Shown piece by piece: positions 12,553 through 23,789 of a DNA stretch of 64,000 nt. This DNA comes from Squalus acanthias (taxonomy: Eukaryota), in NCBI GenBank assembly GCA_030390025.1, contig JASTWF010000036.1, forward strand, positions 310,001 to 374,000, written 5' to 3'. The notes under the pieces are model-generated. The model did no database searches. It had not been told where the DNA came from and saw only the letters and a list, made by a program, of their open reading frames with translations. Numbering within the stretch: position 1 is the first letter of the stretch; the number at the start of each line of letters is the position of its first letter. The position numbers and the translations under genes are program-made.

Positions 12553-13122
12553 TTGCAGGGACGGAGGGAGGAGATCAGCTGCAAGCGGTGGTTGGGGGGG
12601 TGGGGCGGGGGTGGAGAGATCAAAGTCTCGGGCAAAGAGCTGGGCTGTGAGGAGGAACTTTTCCAGAGCGAGGGGCCGAGACGAGTGAAGGACGAGGACG
12701 GGATACACACAAACCCAGAGTCAGAGGTACGGAGAGCACAGGAGGGGTTGCAGGGATGGAGAAGAGTCGCAGGCAGGGAGGGGAGGGCAAAATAAAAAAC
12801 CCATTGAGGAACCGGAGGACCTTGACTGCTAGGATTTTTCTTTTTTTTTTAAAAAACAGCAGGTGCGGCAAGAGTTAAAGTGGAATCAGCATTCCTACCG
12901 TAGGGGAACCTCCTCAAACACAGCTAGAGAGAGAGAGAGCTGGAAATCCCTACACCTGCTCTATCAAACACCTAGTTCAGGACAAATCAGCAAATAAATC
13001 AGCAGTGGGCGTAACTGAGGCAATGACTCACCAACACAGATAAATCACCGCAATTCAGTGACTCACCAGTTCTCATAACGTAAACAGCTTCGCAGAGGGC
13101 TTACACTGATTGTTAAAACACA

Positions 13123-13482
13123 CAGGAACAGGAGGAGGCCATTCAGCCCCTCGAGCCTGTTACATGAGGAACAGGAGGAGGCCATTCAGCCCCCCTCGAG
13201 CCTGTTACATTAGGAACAGGAGGAGGCCATTCAGCCCCCTCGAGCCTGTTACATTAGGAACAGGAGGAGGCCATTCAGCCCCCTCGAGCCTGTTACATTA
13301 GGAACAGGAGGAGGCCATTCAGCCCCCTCGAGCCTGTTACATTAGGAACAGGAGGAGGACATTCAGCCCCTCTCGAGCCTGTTACATTAGGAACAGGAGG
13401 AGGCCATTTAGCCCCCTCGAGCCTGTTACATTAGGAACAGGAGGAGGCCATTCAGCCCCTCAAGCACATTCCGCCAGTCAAT
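13123..13482 (-). repeat. 43-45 bp CR1-tail minisatellite (~8 units)
   Basis: Same unit as 1-328; only a few bases of LINE tail adjoin it. Confidence 0.9.
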
Positions 13483-13564
13483 GGCACGATATTTTAACTT
13501 AGCTCCTGCATGGCTTTGCACATTGAGTATTTAAAAAAAAAAATAAAACATGTGAAATTACATA

Positions 13565-14440
13565 GCTGTAACTAGTGGGGTACCGCAAGGATCAGTGCTT
13601 GGGCCTCAGCTATTCACAATCTACATGAATGATTTGGATGAGGGGACCAAATGTAATATATCCAAGTTTGCTGATGATACAAAGCTGGGTGGGAATGTAA
13701 GTTGTGAGGAGGATGCAAAGAAGCTTCAAGGGGATATAGACAGGCTAAGTGAGTGGGCAAGAACATGGCAAATGGAATATAATGTGGAGAAATGTGAAGT
13801 TATCCACTTCGGTAGGAAAAATAAAAAAGCAGGAGTATTTTTTAAATGGCGAGAGATTGGGAAATGTTGGTGTTCAGAGGGACCTGGGTGTCCTTGTACA
13901 CGAATCACTGAAAGTTAATATGCAGGTACAGCAAGCAATTAGGAAAGCAAATGGTATGTTGGCCTTTATTACAAGAGGATTTGAGTATAAGAGTAAAGAC
14001 GTCTTACTGCAATTATATCGGGCCCTGGTGAGACCACACCTGGAGTATTGTGTAGTTTTGGTCTCCTTACCTAAGGAAGGATATACTTGCCATAGAGGGA
14101 GTGCAACGAAGGTTCACCAGACTGGTTCCTGGGATGGGGGGGGATTGTCCTATGAGGAGAGATTGAGTAGACTCGGCCTATATTCTCTAGAGTTTAGAAG
14201 AATGAGAGGTGATCTCATTGAAACATACAAGATTCTGAGGGGGATTGACAGGGTAGATGCAGGGAGGGTGTTTCCCCCTGGCTGGAGAGTCTAGAACCAG
14301 GGGGTCACAGTCTCAGGATAAGGGGTTGGCCATTTAGGACTGAGATGAGGAGGAATTTCTTCACTCAGAGGGTGGTGAATCTTTGGAATTCTCTACCCCA
14401 GAGGGCTGTGGATGCTCAGTCGTTGAGTATATTCAAGAGG
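13565..14440 (+). mobile_element. CR1-like LINE RT fragment
   Basis: GVPQGSVLGPQLFTIYMNDLD...KFADDTKLGG reverse transcriptase motifs; frameshifted. Confidence 0.93.
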
Positions 14441-14479
14441 TCGAAGATCAGCTGTGTTCTTATTGAATGGCAGAGCAGG

Positions 14480-15950
14480 CCCAAGGACACCGGGGCGAAC
14501 TCCCCTTCTCTTCTTCGAAATAGCGGCCATGGGATCTTTCACGTCCAACTGAGGGGGCAGACGGGGCCTCGGTTCAACGTCTCATCTGAAAGAGGGCACC
14601 TCTGATAATGCGGCGCTCCCTCAGTACCACCCCTCCGACAGTGCGCCGCTCCCTCAGTACTGCCCATCCGACAGTGCGGCGCTCCCTCAGTACCGCCCCT
14701 CCGACAGTGCGGCGCTCCCTCAGCACTGCCCCTCCGACAGTGCGGGGCTCCCTCAGTACCACCCCTCCGACAGTGCGGCGCTCCCTCAGTACCGCCCCTC
14801 CGACAGTGCGGCGCTCCCTCAGTACCGCCCCTCCGACAGTGCGGCGCTCCCTCAGTACTGCCCCTCCGACAGTGCGGCGCTCCCTCAGTACTGCCCCTCT
14901 GACAGTGCGGCGCTCCCTCAGTACCGCCCCTCCGACAGTGCGGCGCTCCCTCAGTACTGCCCCTCCGACAGTGCGGCGCTCCCTCAGTACCGCCCCTCCG
15001 ACAGTGCGGCGCTCCCTCAGTACTACCCCTCCGACAGTGCGGCACTCCCTCAGTACTGCCCCTCCGACAGTGAGGCGTCCCTCAGTACCGCCCCTCCGAC
15101 AGTGCGGCGCTCCCTCAGTACTACCCCTCCGACAGTGCGGCGCTCCCTCAGTACTACCCCTCCGACAGTGCGGCACTCCCTCAGTACTGCCCCTCCGACA
15201 GTGAGGCGTCCCTCAGTACCGCCCCTCCGACAGTGCGGCGCTCCCTCAGTACTACCCCTCCGACAGTGCGGCACTCCCTCAGTACTACCCCTCCGACAGT
15301 GCGGCACTCCCTCAGTACTACCCCTCCGACAGTGCGGCACTCCCTCAGTACTACCCCTCCGACAGTGCGGCACTCCCTCAGTACTACCCCTCCGACAGTG
15401 CGGCACTCCCTCAGTACTACCCCTCCGACAGTGCGGCACTCCCTCAGTACTACCCCTCCGACAGTGCGGCACTCCCTCAGTACTACCCCTCCGACAGTGC
15501 GGCACTCCCTCAGTACTACCCCTCCGACAGTGCGGCACTCCCTCAGTACCGCCCCTCCGACAGTGCGGCACTCCCTCAGTACCGCCCCTCCGACAGTGCG
15601 GCGCTCCCTCAGTACTACCCCTCCGACAGTGCGGCACTCCCTCAGTACTACCCCTCCGACAGTGCGGCACTCCCTCAGTACCGCCCCTCCGACAGTGCGG
15701 CGCTCCCTCAGTACTGCCCCTCCGACAGTGCGGCGCTCCCTCAGTACCGCCCCTCTGACAGTGCGGCGCTCCCTCAGTACTGCCCCTCCGACAGTGCGGC
15801 GCTCCCTCAGTACTGCCCCTCCGACAGTGCGGCGCTCCCTCAGTACTGGCACTGCCAGCCTAGATTTTTGTGCTCACATCTCTCGAGTGGGGCTCGAACC
15901 CACAACCTTCTGACTCGGAGGCGAGGGGGAGAGTGCTACCCCCACCACTG
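14480..15950 (-). mobile_element. DeuSINE with ~1.25 kb internal 33 bp array (~14600-15848)
   Basis: tRNA-like head at ~15880-15950 (reverse complement gagtcagaaggttgtgggttcgagccc), array, then body. Confidence 0.92.
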
Positions 15951-16339
15951 ACACTCAGGAGACTGACGGGTAGGAATAGAAGGGCATCTTCTATTTTATG
16001 CGTCCTCAAGTTCACGCGGACTGCACCTCCACGGAATGACTGGCCCTCATGCAGCAGCATGAGTGGATTAGGTGATAAAAAGGCAAACCAAATCCTTAGT
16101 TTTAAGCATGGAGACACAGAAACAAAACAAGGAGGCATTGTTCGATCTTGCTTGGCCCCTAGTTGGAGCTTTGTGCGCACGAGGCCTTAACTCTGGCCAC
16201 AGTCCCAATTGCTGTGACTGAGGGAGGCAGCAATAAGCACAAACTCTTCACACTGACAATAAAAAAAAACATTACCCCTCCAAGTGTTGATCCCTCCAAC
16301 CAGCCAGACGGCGAATGCAGAGGTAGGCTCGGATCACAT

Positions 16340-16792
16340 GGCACAGGAGGCCGCCATTCGGCCCACCATGCCTGTGTCGGCTCTTTGAAAGAGCTCTCCG
16401 ATTAGTCCCACTCCCCGCCGCTCTTTCCCCGTAGCCCTGCAATGCTTTCCTTCTCAAGTATTTATCCGATTCCCTTTTGAAAGTTACTATTGAATCTGCT
16501 TCCACCGCCCTTTCAGGCAGCACATTCCAGATCACAACAACTCGCTGCGTAAATCATTTCTCCTTATCTCCCCCTCTGGTCCTTTTCCCAATCACCTTAA
16601 ATCTGTGTCCTCTGGTTACCGACCCTCCTGCCACTGGAATCAGTTTCTCCTTATTTACTCTATCGAAACCCCTCATGATTTTCAACACCTCTATTAAATC
16701 TCCCCTTAACCTTCTCTGCTCCAAGGAGAGCAATGCCAGCTTCTCCAGTCTATCCACGTAACTGAAGTTCCTCATCCCCAGTCCCATTCTCA
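16340..16792 (-). mobile_element. CR1-like LINE 3' fragment
   Basis: RLEKLALLSLEQRRLRGDLIEVLKIMRGFDRV...WNVLPERAVEAD. Confidence 0.9.
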
Positions 16793-17470
16793 TAGAATCA
16801 GAACGGTTACAGCACAGAAGGAGGCCATTCAGCCCGTCGAGCCCATTCCGGCTCTCTGCAAGAGCACTTCAGCTAGTCCCACTCCCCCGCCCTTTCCCCG
16901 TAGCCCTGCAAATTATTTTTCCTTCAGGTACTTATCCAATATCCTTTTGAAAGCCACGATTGAGTCTGCCTCCACCACCCTTTCAGGTAGTGCATTCCAG
17001 ATCCTAACCACTCGCTGCGTAAAAAAGTTACTCCTCCTGTCGCCTTTGGTTCTTCTGCCAACCACCTTAAATCTGTGTCCTCTGGTTCTCGACCCTTCTG
17101 CCAATGGGAACAGTTTCTCTCCATCTACTCTGTCCAGGACCCCTCATGATTCTGAACACCTCCATCAAATCTCCTCTCAACCTTCTCTGCTCCATGGAGA
17201 ACAACCCCAGCTTCTCCAGTCTCTCCACGTCACTGAAGTCCCCCATCCCCCGGGACCATTCTGGTAAATCACCTCCGCACCCTCTCCAAGGCCCTTGACA
17301 TCCTTCCTAAAGTGCGGTGGCCAGAATTGGACACAATACTCCAGCTGAGGCCTAACCAGTGATTTATAAAGGTTTAACGCAACTTCCTTGCTTTTGTACT
17401 CTCTGCCTCTATTAATAAAAATGAGAAGTCGCGCAACACCAGGTTATAGTCCAACAGTTTTATTTGAAAT

Positions 17471-17505
17471 TACGAGCTTTCGGAGCTCTGCTCCTTCGTC
17501 AGGTA
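17471..17505 (-). ncRNA. Minimal hammerhead ribozyme-like motif
   Basis: Reverse complement reads tac CTGACGA a GGAGC aga GCTCC GAAAG CTC gta. Confidence 0.7.
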
Positions 17506-18017
17506 CAGTGAGGGAATACAAATCGATTACAAAGTATATATAGACAGAGAACAATGTGTCTGCAGAGATACAATCCGTCAGGGAGGCATCACATCAAAGA
17601 CACAGCAGAGCACAGCTAAGACAATGAGGTGGGGTCACAGGGGGTCCAACGTGTCAAATGCTGCAGTCTGCAGTTAAGCTTTTAACTTTTTTTAAAAACT
17701 GGAAATCACACCTGTGAACCAGACAACGACATCGAGTCACGTCCTGTAGCGTGACATGAAACCGAGATCCCGCTACAGAACGTGACTCGACATCGTTGTC
17801 TGGTTCACAGGTGTGATTTCCAGTTTTTTTTTAAAAAGTTAAAAGCTTAACTGCAGACTGCAGCATTTGACACGTTGGACCCCTGTGACCCCACCTCATT
17901 GTCTTAGCTGTACTCTGCTGTGTCTTTGATGTGATGCCTCCCTGACGGATTGTATCTCTGCAGACACATTGTTCTCTGTCTATATATACTTTGTAACCGA
18001 TTTGTATTCCCTCACTG

Positions 18018-18052
18018 TACCTGACGAAGGAGCAGTGCTCCGAAAACTCGTA
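18018..18052 (+). ncRNA. Minimal hammerhead ribozyme-like motif (helix III substituted)
   Basis: tac CTGACGA a GGAGC agt GCTCC GAAAA CTC gta; G>A change relative to the other two copies. Confidence 0.55.
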
Positions 18053-18334
18053 ATTTCAAATAAAGCTGTTGGACTATAACCTGGTGTTGTGCGACTTCTC
18101 ATTTTTGTCCACCCCAGTCCAACATCGGCATCTCCACATCATGACCTCTATTAATAAAGTCAACGATCCCATCTGCTTTTTTAACAGCCTTCTCAACTTG
18201 TCCTGCCAGCTTCAAAGGTTTGTGTACGTACCCCCCCAGGTCTCTCTGTTCCTGCACCCCCTTTAAAATTGTACCATTTTAGGTGGAGTTAGATGGACAA
18301 TAGATTACGCACAGCGACCAACGGAAACCAATTC

Positions 18335-19125
18335 CAAAAGGGGTTCATTTCTCGAGGGATCGAATTGAAAAGCAGAGAAGTTATGTTAAACTTGTATTGA
18401 ACCTTGGTTAGACCACACTGGGAGCACCGTGCACAGTTCTGGTCTCCGTATACCTGGGTTAGACCACACTGGGAGCACCGTGCACAGTTCTGGTCTCCGT
18501 ATACCTTGGTTAGACCACACTGGGAGCACCGTGCACAGTTCTGGTCTCCGTATACCTTGGTTAGACCACACTGGGAGCACCGTGCACAGTTCTGGTCTCC
18601 GTATACCTTGGTTAGACCACACTGGGAGCACCGTGCACAGTTCTGGTCTCCGTATACCTGGGTTAGACCACACTGGGAGCACCGTGCACAGTTCTGGTCT
18701 CCGTATACCTTGGTTAGACCACACTGGGAGCACCGTGCACAGTTCTGGTCTCCGTATACCTTGGTTAGACCACACTGGGAGCACCGTGCACAGTTCTGGT
18801 CTCCGTATACCTTGGTAGACCACACTGGGAGCACCGTGCACAGTTCTGGTCTCCGTATACCTTGGTTAGACCACACTGGGAGCACCGTGCACAGTTCTGG
18901 TCTCCGTATACCTTGGTTAGACCACACTTGGAGCGCTGCGCACAGGGAGTGGTTGAGGCGAATAGCACAGATGCATTTAAGGGGAAGCTAGATAAACACA
19001 TGAGGGAGAAAGGAATAGAAGGATATGGTGATGGGGTGAGATGAAGACGGGGTGGGAGGAGGCTCGTGTGGAGCATAAACCCTGGCACGGACCAGTTGGG
19101 CCGAATGGCCTGTTTCTGCGCTGTT
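18335..19125 (+). repeat. CR1-like fragment with 51 bp minisatellite (~18403-18930, 10 units plus a partial unit)
   Basis: Unit ttggttagaccacactgggagcaccgtgcacagttctggtctccgtatacc encodes LVRPHWEHRAQFWSPYT, a copy of the CR1 [16 protein letters not shown] motif. Confidence 0.93.
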
Positions 19126-19769
19126 GCGACTGTGCAAGACCACAACTACAGTAAAGAATCTAGCACCTGTCTTTGTCTGTTATCTGAGCGGAAAGGTACG
19201 GCCAGGAGGCGAGCTCGGGGCAACGCTTCCTCAGGACAGCAGGAGCTGCTTTGGAAAGTGGCACAGGAAACAAGACTCTGGAGAACCCCGCTGCCCGCCA
19301 GAGCACAGCTAGGATGACCTTTAACCTACGGTTGACCAACAAGTGTTGACCGTCGGGCGGACGAGAACAAATCAGTAAACCGTCCAAACTCTGGGACTTG
19401 CCAAAAAAACAAAAGTTTCCTTAATCTCTCTCTCACGCGCGCCATCCCTCAAGAGAAGATCTAAAATAATAAAATTGAACTTAGTCAGCCCACCTCATCC
19501 CAAAAAAAAACACACACATTTCGGTTTAGAGTAATTACAGTGTCACGGACTAAAAGCAGGGGGTGTGGGACTTCGCACGACTGCTCTTTCAAAGAGCCAG
19601 CACAGGCACAACGGGCCGAATGGCCTCATTCTGTGCTGTAAAAGTTTCTACTATTCTATAAACTGCTCAGAATTAGTTGCGAAACCGAACATTTGCGAAA
19701 ACTAAAAGGGCAGAGAAAGACTTTTAAAAAAAAAAGTGCTCCCTTAACCCAACCAGATTAGACACTCCT

Positions 19770-19967
19770 CTATCACCCCCAACACCCCTTTCCCCAGCAC
19801 CTTCCCATGCAAGCGCAGGAGATGCAACACCTGCCCCTTTTACCTCCTCCCTTCCCAACATCCAGGGCCCCCAAAACACTCCTTCCAGGTGAAACAGCGA
19901 TTTTACTTGTACCTCTTGCAATTTAGTATACTGTATTCGCTGCTCACGATGCGGTCTCCTCTACATT
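19770..19967 (+). mobile_element. Penelope-like (family P2) degraded Cys-rich linker / GIY-YIG N-terminal fragment
   Basis: With frameshifts reads TFPCKRRRCNTCPF...FQVKQRFTCTSCNLVYCIRCSRCGLLYI. Confidence 0.8.
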
Positions 19968-20054
19968 ACAAAATAAAGTAATCGCTCAGCAAGGGGCTGG
20001 CGATCTCTCTTGCTCCAGCAATTACTTCTTATCTTCCTTATTTTTAAAATGTGC

Positions 20055-20815
20055 AATATTCGCGCCACACAAGTGCCAGGCAATGACTATCTCCCAACAA
20101 GGGAGGAGTCTAACCACCTCCCCTTGACGTTCAACGGTATTACCATCGCCGAATCCCCCACCATCAACATCCTGGGGGGTCACCACTGACCAGAAACTTA
20201 ACTGGACCAGTCACATAATTACTGTGGCTACAAGAGCAGGTCAGAGGCTGGGTATTCTGCAGCAAGTGTCTCACCTCCTGACTCCCCAAAGCCTTTCCAC
20301 CATCTACAAGGCACAAGTAAAGAGTGTGAGGGAACACTCTCCACTTGCCTGGATGAGTGCAGCTCCAACAACACTCAAGAAGCTCGACACCATCCAGGAC
20401 AAAGCAGCCCGCTTGATCGGCACCCCATCCACCACCTTAAACATTCACTCCCTCCACCACCGGCGTACCGTGGCTGCAGTGTGTACCATCTACAAGATGC
20501 ACTGCAGCAACTCGCCAAGGCTTCTCCGGCAGCACCTCCCAAACCCACGACCTCTTCTATCTAGAAGGACGAGGGCAGCAGGCGCATGGGAACACCGCCA
20601 CCTCCAAGTTCCCCTCCGAGTCACACACCATCCTGACTTGGAAATACATCAGCCGTTCATTCATCGTCGCTGGGTCAAACTCCTGGAACTCCGTCCCTAA
20701 CAGCACTGTGGGAGCACCTTCACCACACAGGACTGCAGCGGATCAAGAAGGCGTCTCACCACCACCTTCTCGAGGGCAATTAGGGATGGGCAATAAATGC
20801 TGGCCTTGCCGTGAA
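20055..20815 (+). mobile_element. Family B non-LTR retrotransposon 3' fragment
   Basis: RAGQRLGILQQVSHLLTPQSLSTIYKAQV... and tail gggcaattagggatgggcaataaatgctggcc. Confidence 0.88.
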
Positions 20816-20989
20816 TGAATTTTTTTTTTTTTTTTTAATTTTTATAAAGTCAACGTACACAAGGAGCCTGAACGTATGTAAATTTGAATCACGACACCAA
20901 CTCGATCACATTTGCGGAAGGGAAATTTAAAAACATGTTCCTCAAGGAGGAGGACTTTTTAAAAAGAGGCAAATGATTAAGTTCAGTGT

Positions 20990-21654
20990 TGGGGAGACCA
21001 AACGCAGATTGGGTGACCGCTTTGCGGAACACCTCCGTTCAGTCCGTAAGGGGGACCCCGAGCTCCCGGTGGCCTGTCACTTTAATTCACCGCTTCACTC
21101 CCACTCTGACCTCACCGTCCTCGGCCTATTACACTGTTCCACGGAAGCTCAGCGTAAGCTCGAGGAACAGCACCTCATCTTTCGTTTAGGCACGCTACAG
21201 CCCTCTGGACTCAATATCGAGTTCAACAATTTTAGATCATAACCTCAGCTCCAATCACATTTATATTTTATTTTATCCACCCTTTTATTTGTCCCCCCCA
21301 CCTTTTTTTTCCTCCTAGAAGCTGGCAGCTGTCCTTCATTCTGCCAGTGGATTTCACACTTCATTCAGCCTTAATCTGTCACATTAACACCACCTCTAGC
21401 CTTGCATATCTCTTTATGTCTCTTAATGTCTCTTCATCTCCTCCTTTGTTCCTTTATCCCCTCCCCCTTTTCCCAGCTTTACCCTGGCCTTAAATCTATT
21501 TGATTTCCAGCTCTTCCCAGTTCTGATGAAAGGTCATCGACCTGAAACGTCAACTCTCTTTCTCTCTCCACGGATGCTGCCTGGCCTGCTGAGTTTTTCC
21601 AGCGTTTTCTGTTGTTATTTCGGATTTCCAGCATCCGCAGTATTTTGCTATCGT
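20990..21654 (+). mobile_element. Penelope-like (P2) 5'-truncated copy, 14 bp TSD
   Basis: GETKRRLGDRFAEHLRSV...PVACHFN...LEEQHLIFRLGTLQPSGLNIEF (GIY-YIG C-terminal half). attaagttcagtgt occurs at 20976-20989 and 21655-21668. Confidence 0.9.
21519..21555 (+). ncRNA. Minimal type I hammerhead ribozyme motif
   Basis: AGTT CTGATGA a AGGTC atc GACCT GAAAC GTC AACT: helix I AGTT/AACT, helix II AGGTC/GACCT, GUC cleavage triplet. Confidence 0.78.
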
Positions 21655-21878
21655 ATTAAGTTCAGTGTGTTCGACTGTCTGGGGGGGGGGGGGGGGGGGG
21701 GGGTCGGGTCGGGTAATAACTGCCGGCGATGCCAGCGACGCGCACATCCCCGAGAATTAATTATTTTTTAAAAAACACATCTCTGCGACAAGTATGAAAA
21801 TGTCTAACACGTGGTGGGGGAGGAAAAACAGTCAAAGAAAACCGGCGACCCCCCAAAGTGTGAAAATGGACAACTTAC

Positions 21879-22142
21879 GGTGGACGCTGAGAGATATGTT
21901 GCTGACGCGCTCATCCGTAAACCCCTTCAGGTTGGTGATCTTGGCGCACTTGAGCTGCGTCTCGGTGGCGGCGTCTCCGATGTAGACCCAACAGACCGTC
22001 TCGTCCGCGTACAGGAAGTCCATGGCCGTGGTCTGCTTGGTGCTGATGGGGTTGATGAAACTGACGCTCGCCCCTTGCAGGTTGGTGGCCATGATGTTCT
22101 GGGAGTTGGCGATCAACAGCACCGGCGGCCTGTCCACGGGCT
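21879..22142 (-). CDS. LRP1: LRP1 coding exon (exon 6 equivalent): start of first YWTD beta-propeller
   Basis: (E)[104 protein letters not shown] is the LRP1 rather than LRP1B form. Acceptor ctgcctctcag, donor gtaagt, 264 bp. Confidence 0.96.
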
Positions 22143-22239
22143 CTGAGAGGCAGAACACGAAAAATTTCAACAACAAAAACCAAAAAACCCACTTTCGCCG
22201 GCGCCTGCTCTCGAAGAGCTTCATCGTACTTGGCGTTCA

Positions 22240-22866
22240 GAACATAAACAGGAGCAGGAGTCGGCCGTACGGCCCCTCGAGCCTGCTCCGCCATTCGATA
22301 AGATCATGGCTGATCATCGACCTCAAACTCCACTTTCCCGCCCGATCTCCATATCCCTTGATTCCCCTCGAGTCCAAAAATCTATCGATCTCAGCCTTGA
22401 ATATACTCAACGACTGAGCCTCCACAGCCCTCTGGGGTAGAGAATTCCAAAGATTCACCACCCTCCGAGTGAAGAAATTCCTCCTCGTCTCAGTCCTAAA
22501 TGGTCGACCCCATACCCTGAGACTGTGACCCCCTGGTTCTAGACTCTCCGGCCAGGGGGGGGAAACAGCCTCTCAGCATCTACCCTGTCGATCGCCCTTT
22601 CAGAATCTTGTATGTTTCAATGAGATCACCTCTCATTCTTCTAAACTCCAGGGAAAAAAGGGCCAGTCTACTCGATCTCTCCTCGTAGGACAATTTACCC
22701 CCCCCCCCCCCACATCCCAGGAATCAATCTAGTGAACCTTCGTTGCACCGCCTCCAAGGCAAGTATATCCTTCCTTGGGTAAAGAGACCAAAACTCTGCA
22801 CAGTGCTCCAGGTGTGGTCTCACCAAGGCCCTGTACAATTGCAGCAAGACTTCCTTACTCTTGTAC
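22240..22866 (-). mobile_element. CR1-like 3' fragment in LRP1 intron 5
   Basis: YKSKEVLLQLYRALVRPHLEHC through to the tail. Confidence 0.9.
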
Positions 22867-22947
22867 AACAAGACAAGAAGGTAAGAGGTTAACCGAAGAG
22901 GGGGGTGCAAGGCCATCAAGTCTCCCCTCGTTCTAACATCAAACATC

Positions 22948-23450
22948 TCACACTTAGGAAGGATGTTCTTGCCATGGAAGGAGTTCAGCGAAGATTCACA
23001 AGGCTGATACCTGGGATAGCAGGAATGACGTATGAAGAGAGATTGGGTCAATTGGGTTTGTATTCGCTAGAGTTTAGAAGAATGAGAGGGTATCTCATTG
23101 AAACTTGACTAGATGCAGGAAGGATGTTCCCGATGGCGGGGGAGTCCAGAACCAGGGGGTCACAGTCTAAGGATAAGGGGTAAGCCATTTAGGACTGAGA
23201 TGAGGAGGAATTTCTTCACCCAGAGAGTGGTGAACCTGTGGAATTCTCTACCACAGAAGGCAGTTGAGGCCAATTCATTAAATATATTCAAGAAGGAGTT
23301 AGATATGTTTCTTAAGGCTAAAGGGATCAAGGGATATGGGGAGAAAGCAGGGACAGGGTACTGAATTTGGATGATTAGCCATGATCTCATTAAATGGCGG
23401 AGCAGGCTCGAGGGGCCGAATGGCCTACTCCTGCTCCTATCTTCTATGCT
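22948..23450 (+). mobile_element. CR1-like 3' fragment in LRP1 intron 5
   Basis: [21 protein letters not shown]...FFTQRVVNLWNSLPQ and tail. Confidence 0.9.
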
Positions 23451-23556
23451 TCTAAATGTCAAAGTGCAGCAGCACCGACAGGAGACACATTGGCGCGCGC
23501 GCGCACAGACCGACTCCCACGCGCCTGAAGCTCAACATAAACAGAAGGACTCTTAC

Positions 23557-23685
23557 CATTCTTGGCTTTGCACGACTTGCTGTCTGGCTGTAGCAGGTAG
23601 CCTTCCACACAGCTACACGTGTAGGACCCTTCCGTATTCGTGCAAGTTTGACTGCATGTCCCATATATCGTGCACTCGTCAAAAT
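23557..23685 (-). CDS. LRP1: LRP1 coding exon (exon 5 equivalent): calcium-binding EGF domain 2
   Basis: (D)[42 protein letters not shown]. Acceptor aaaatcag, donor gtaaga, 129 bp. Confidence 0.96.
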
Positions 23686-23789
23686 CTGATTTTTTAAAAA
23701 AACATTTAAATGCGTTAAATATCTGCCAGATTTTCAAACTCTCTCAGATACATCATGCCAATTTTTGCGTCCCGCCCACCTTCCCACAA

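Larger units (their letters stand above)
17420..18144. mobile_element. Penelope-like (P1) insertion made of two inverted pseudo-LTRs, 14 bp TSD
   Basis: Arms ~17417-17751 and ~17771-18106 are reverse complements and match 11278-11593. cctctattaataaa occurs at 17406-17419 and 18145-18158. Confidence 0.92.
16795..18280 (-). mobile_element. CR1-like LINE fragment interrupted by a Penelope insertion
   Basis: CR1 sequence 16795-17419 resumes collinearly at 18159-18280. Confidence 0.85.

Noticed and set aside
14539..15913. Long PPTVRRSLSTA / RERRTVGGAVL repeat ORFs (also at 7.7, 26, 32, 43, 59 and 62 kb)
   Set aside because: A 33 bp unit is a multiple of 3 and open in several frames; these are SINE-internal arrays, not repeat proteins.
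329..21800. LRP1 exon 7 (expected VEQMAIDWLTGNFYF-like), and exon 2 in 60448-64000
   Set aside because: No matching peptide found by eye; probably outside the window, though a tblastn check is needed.
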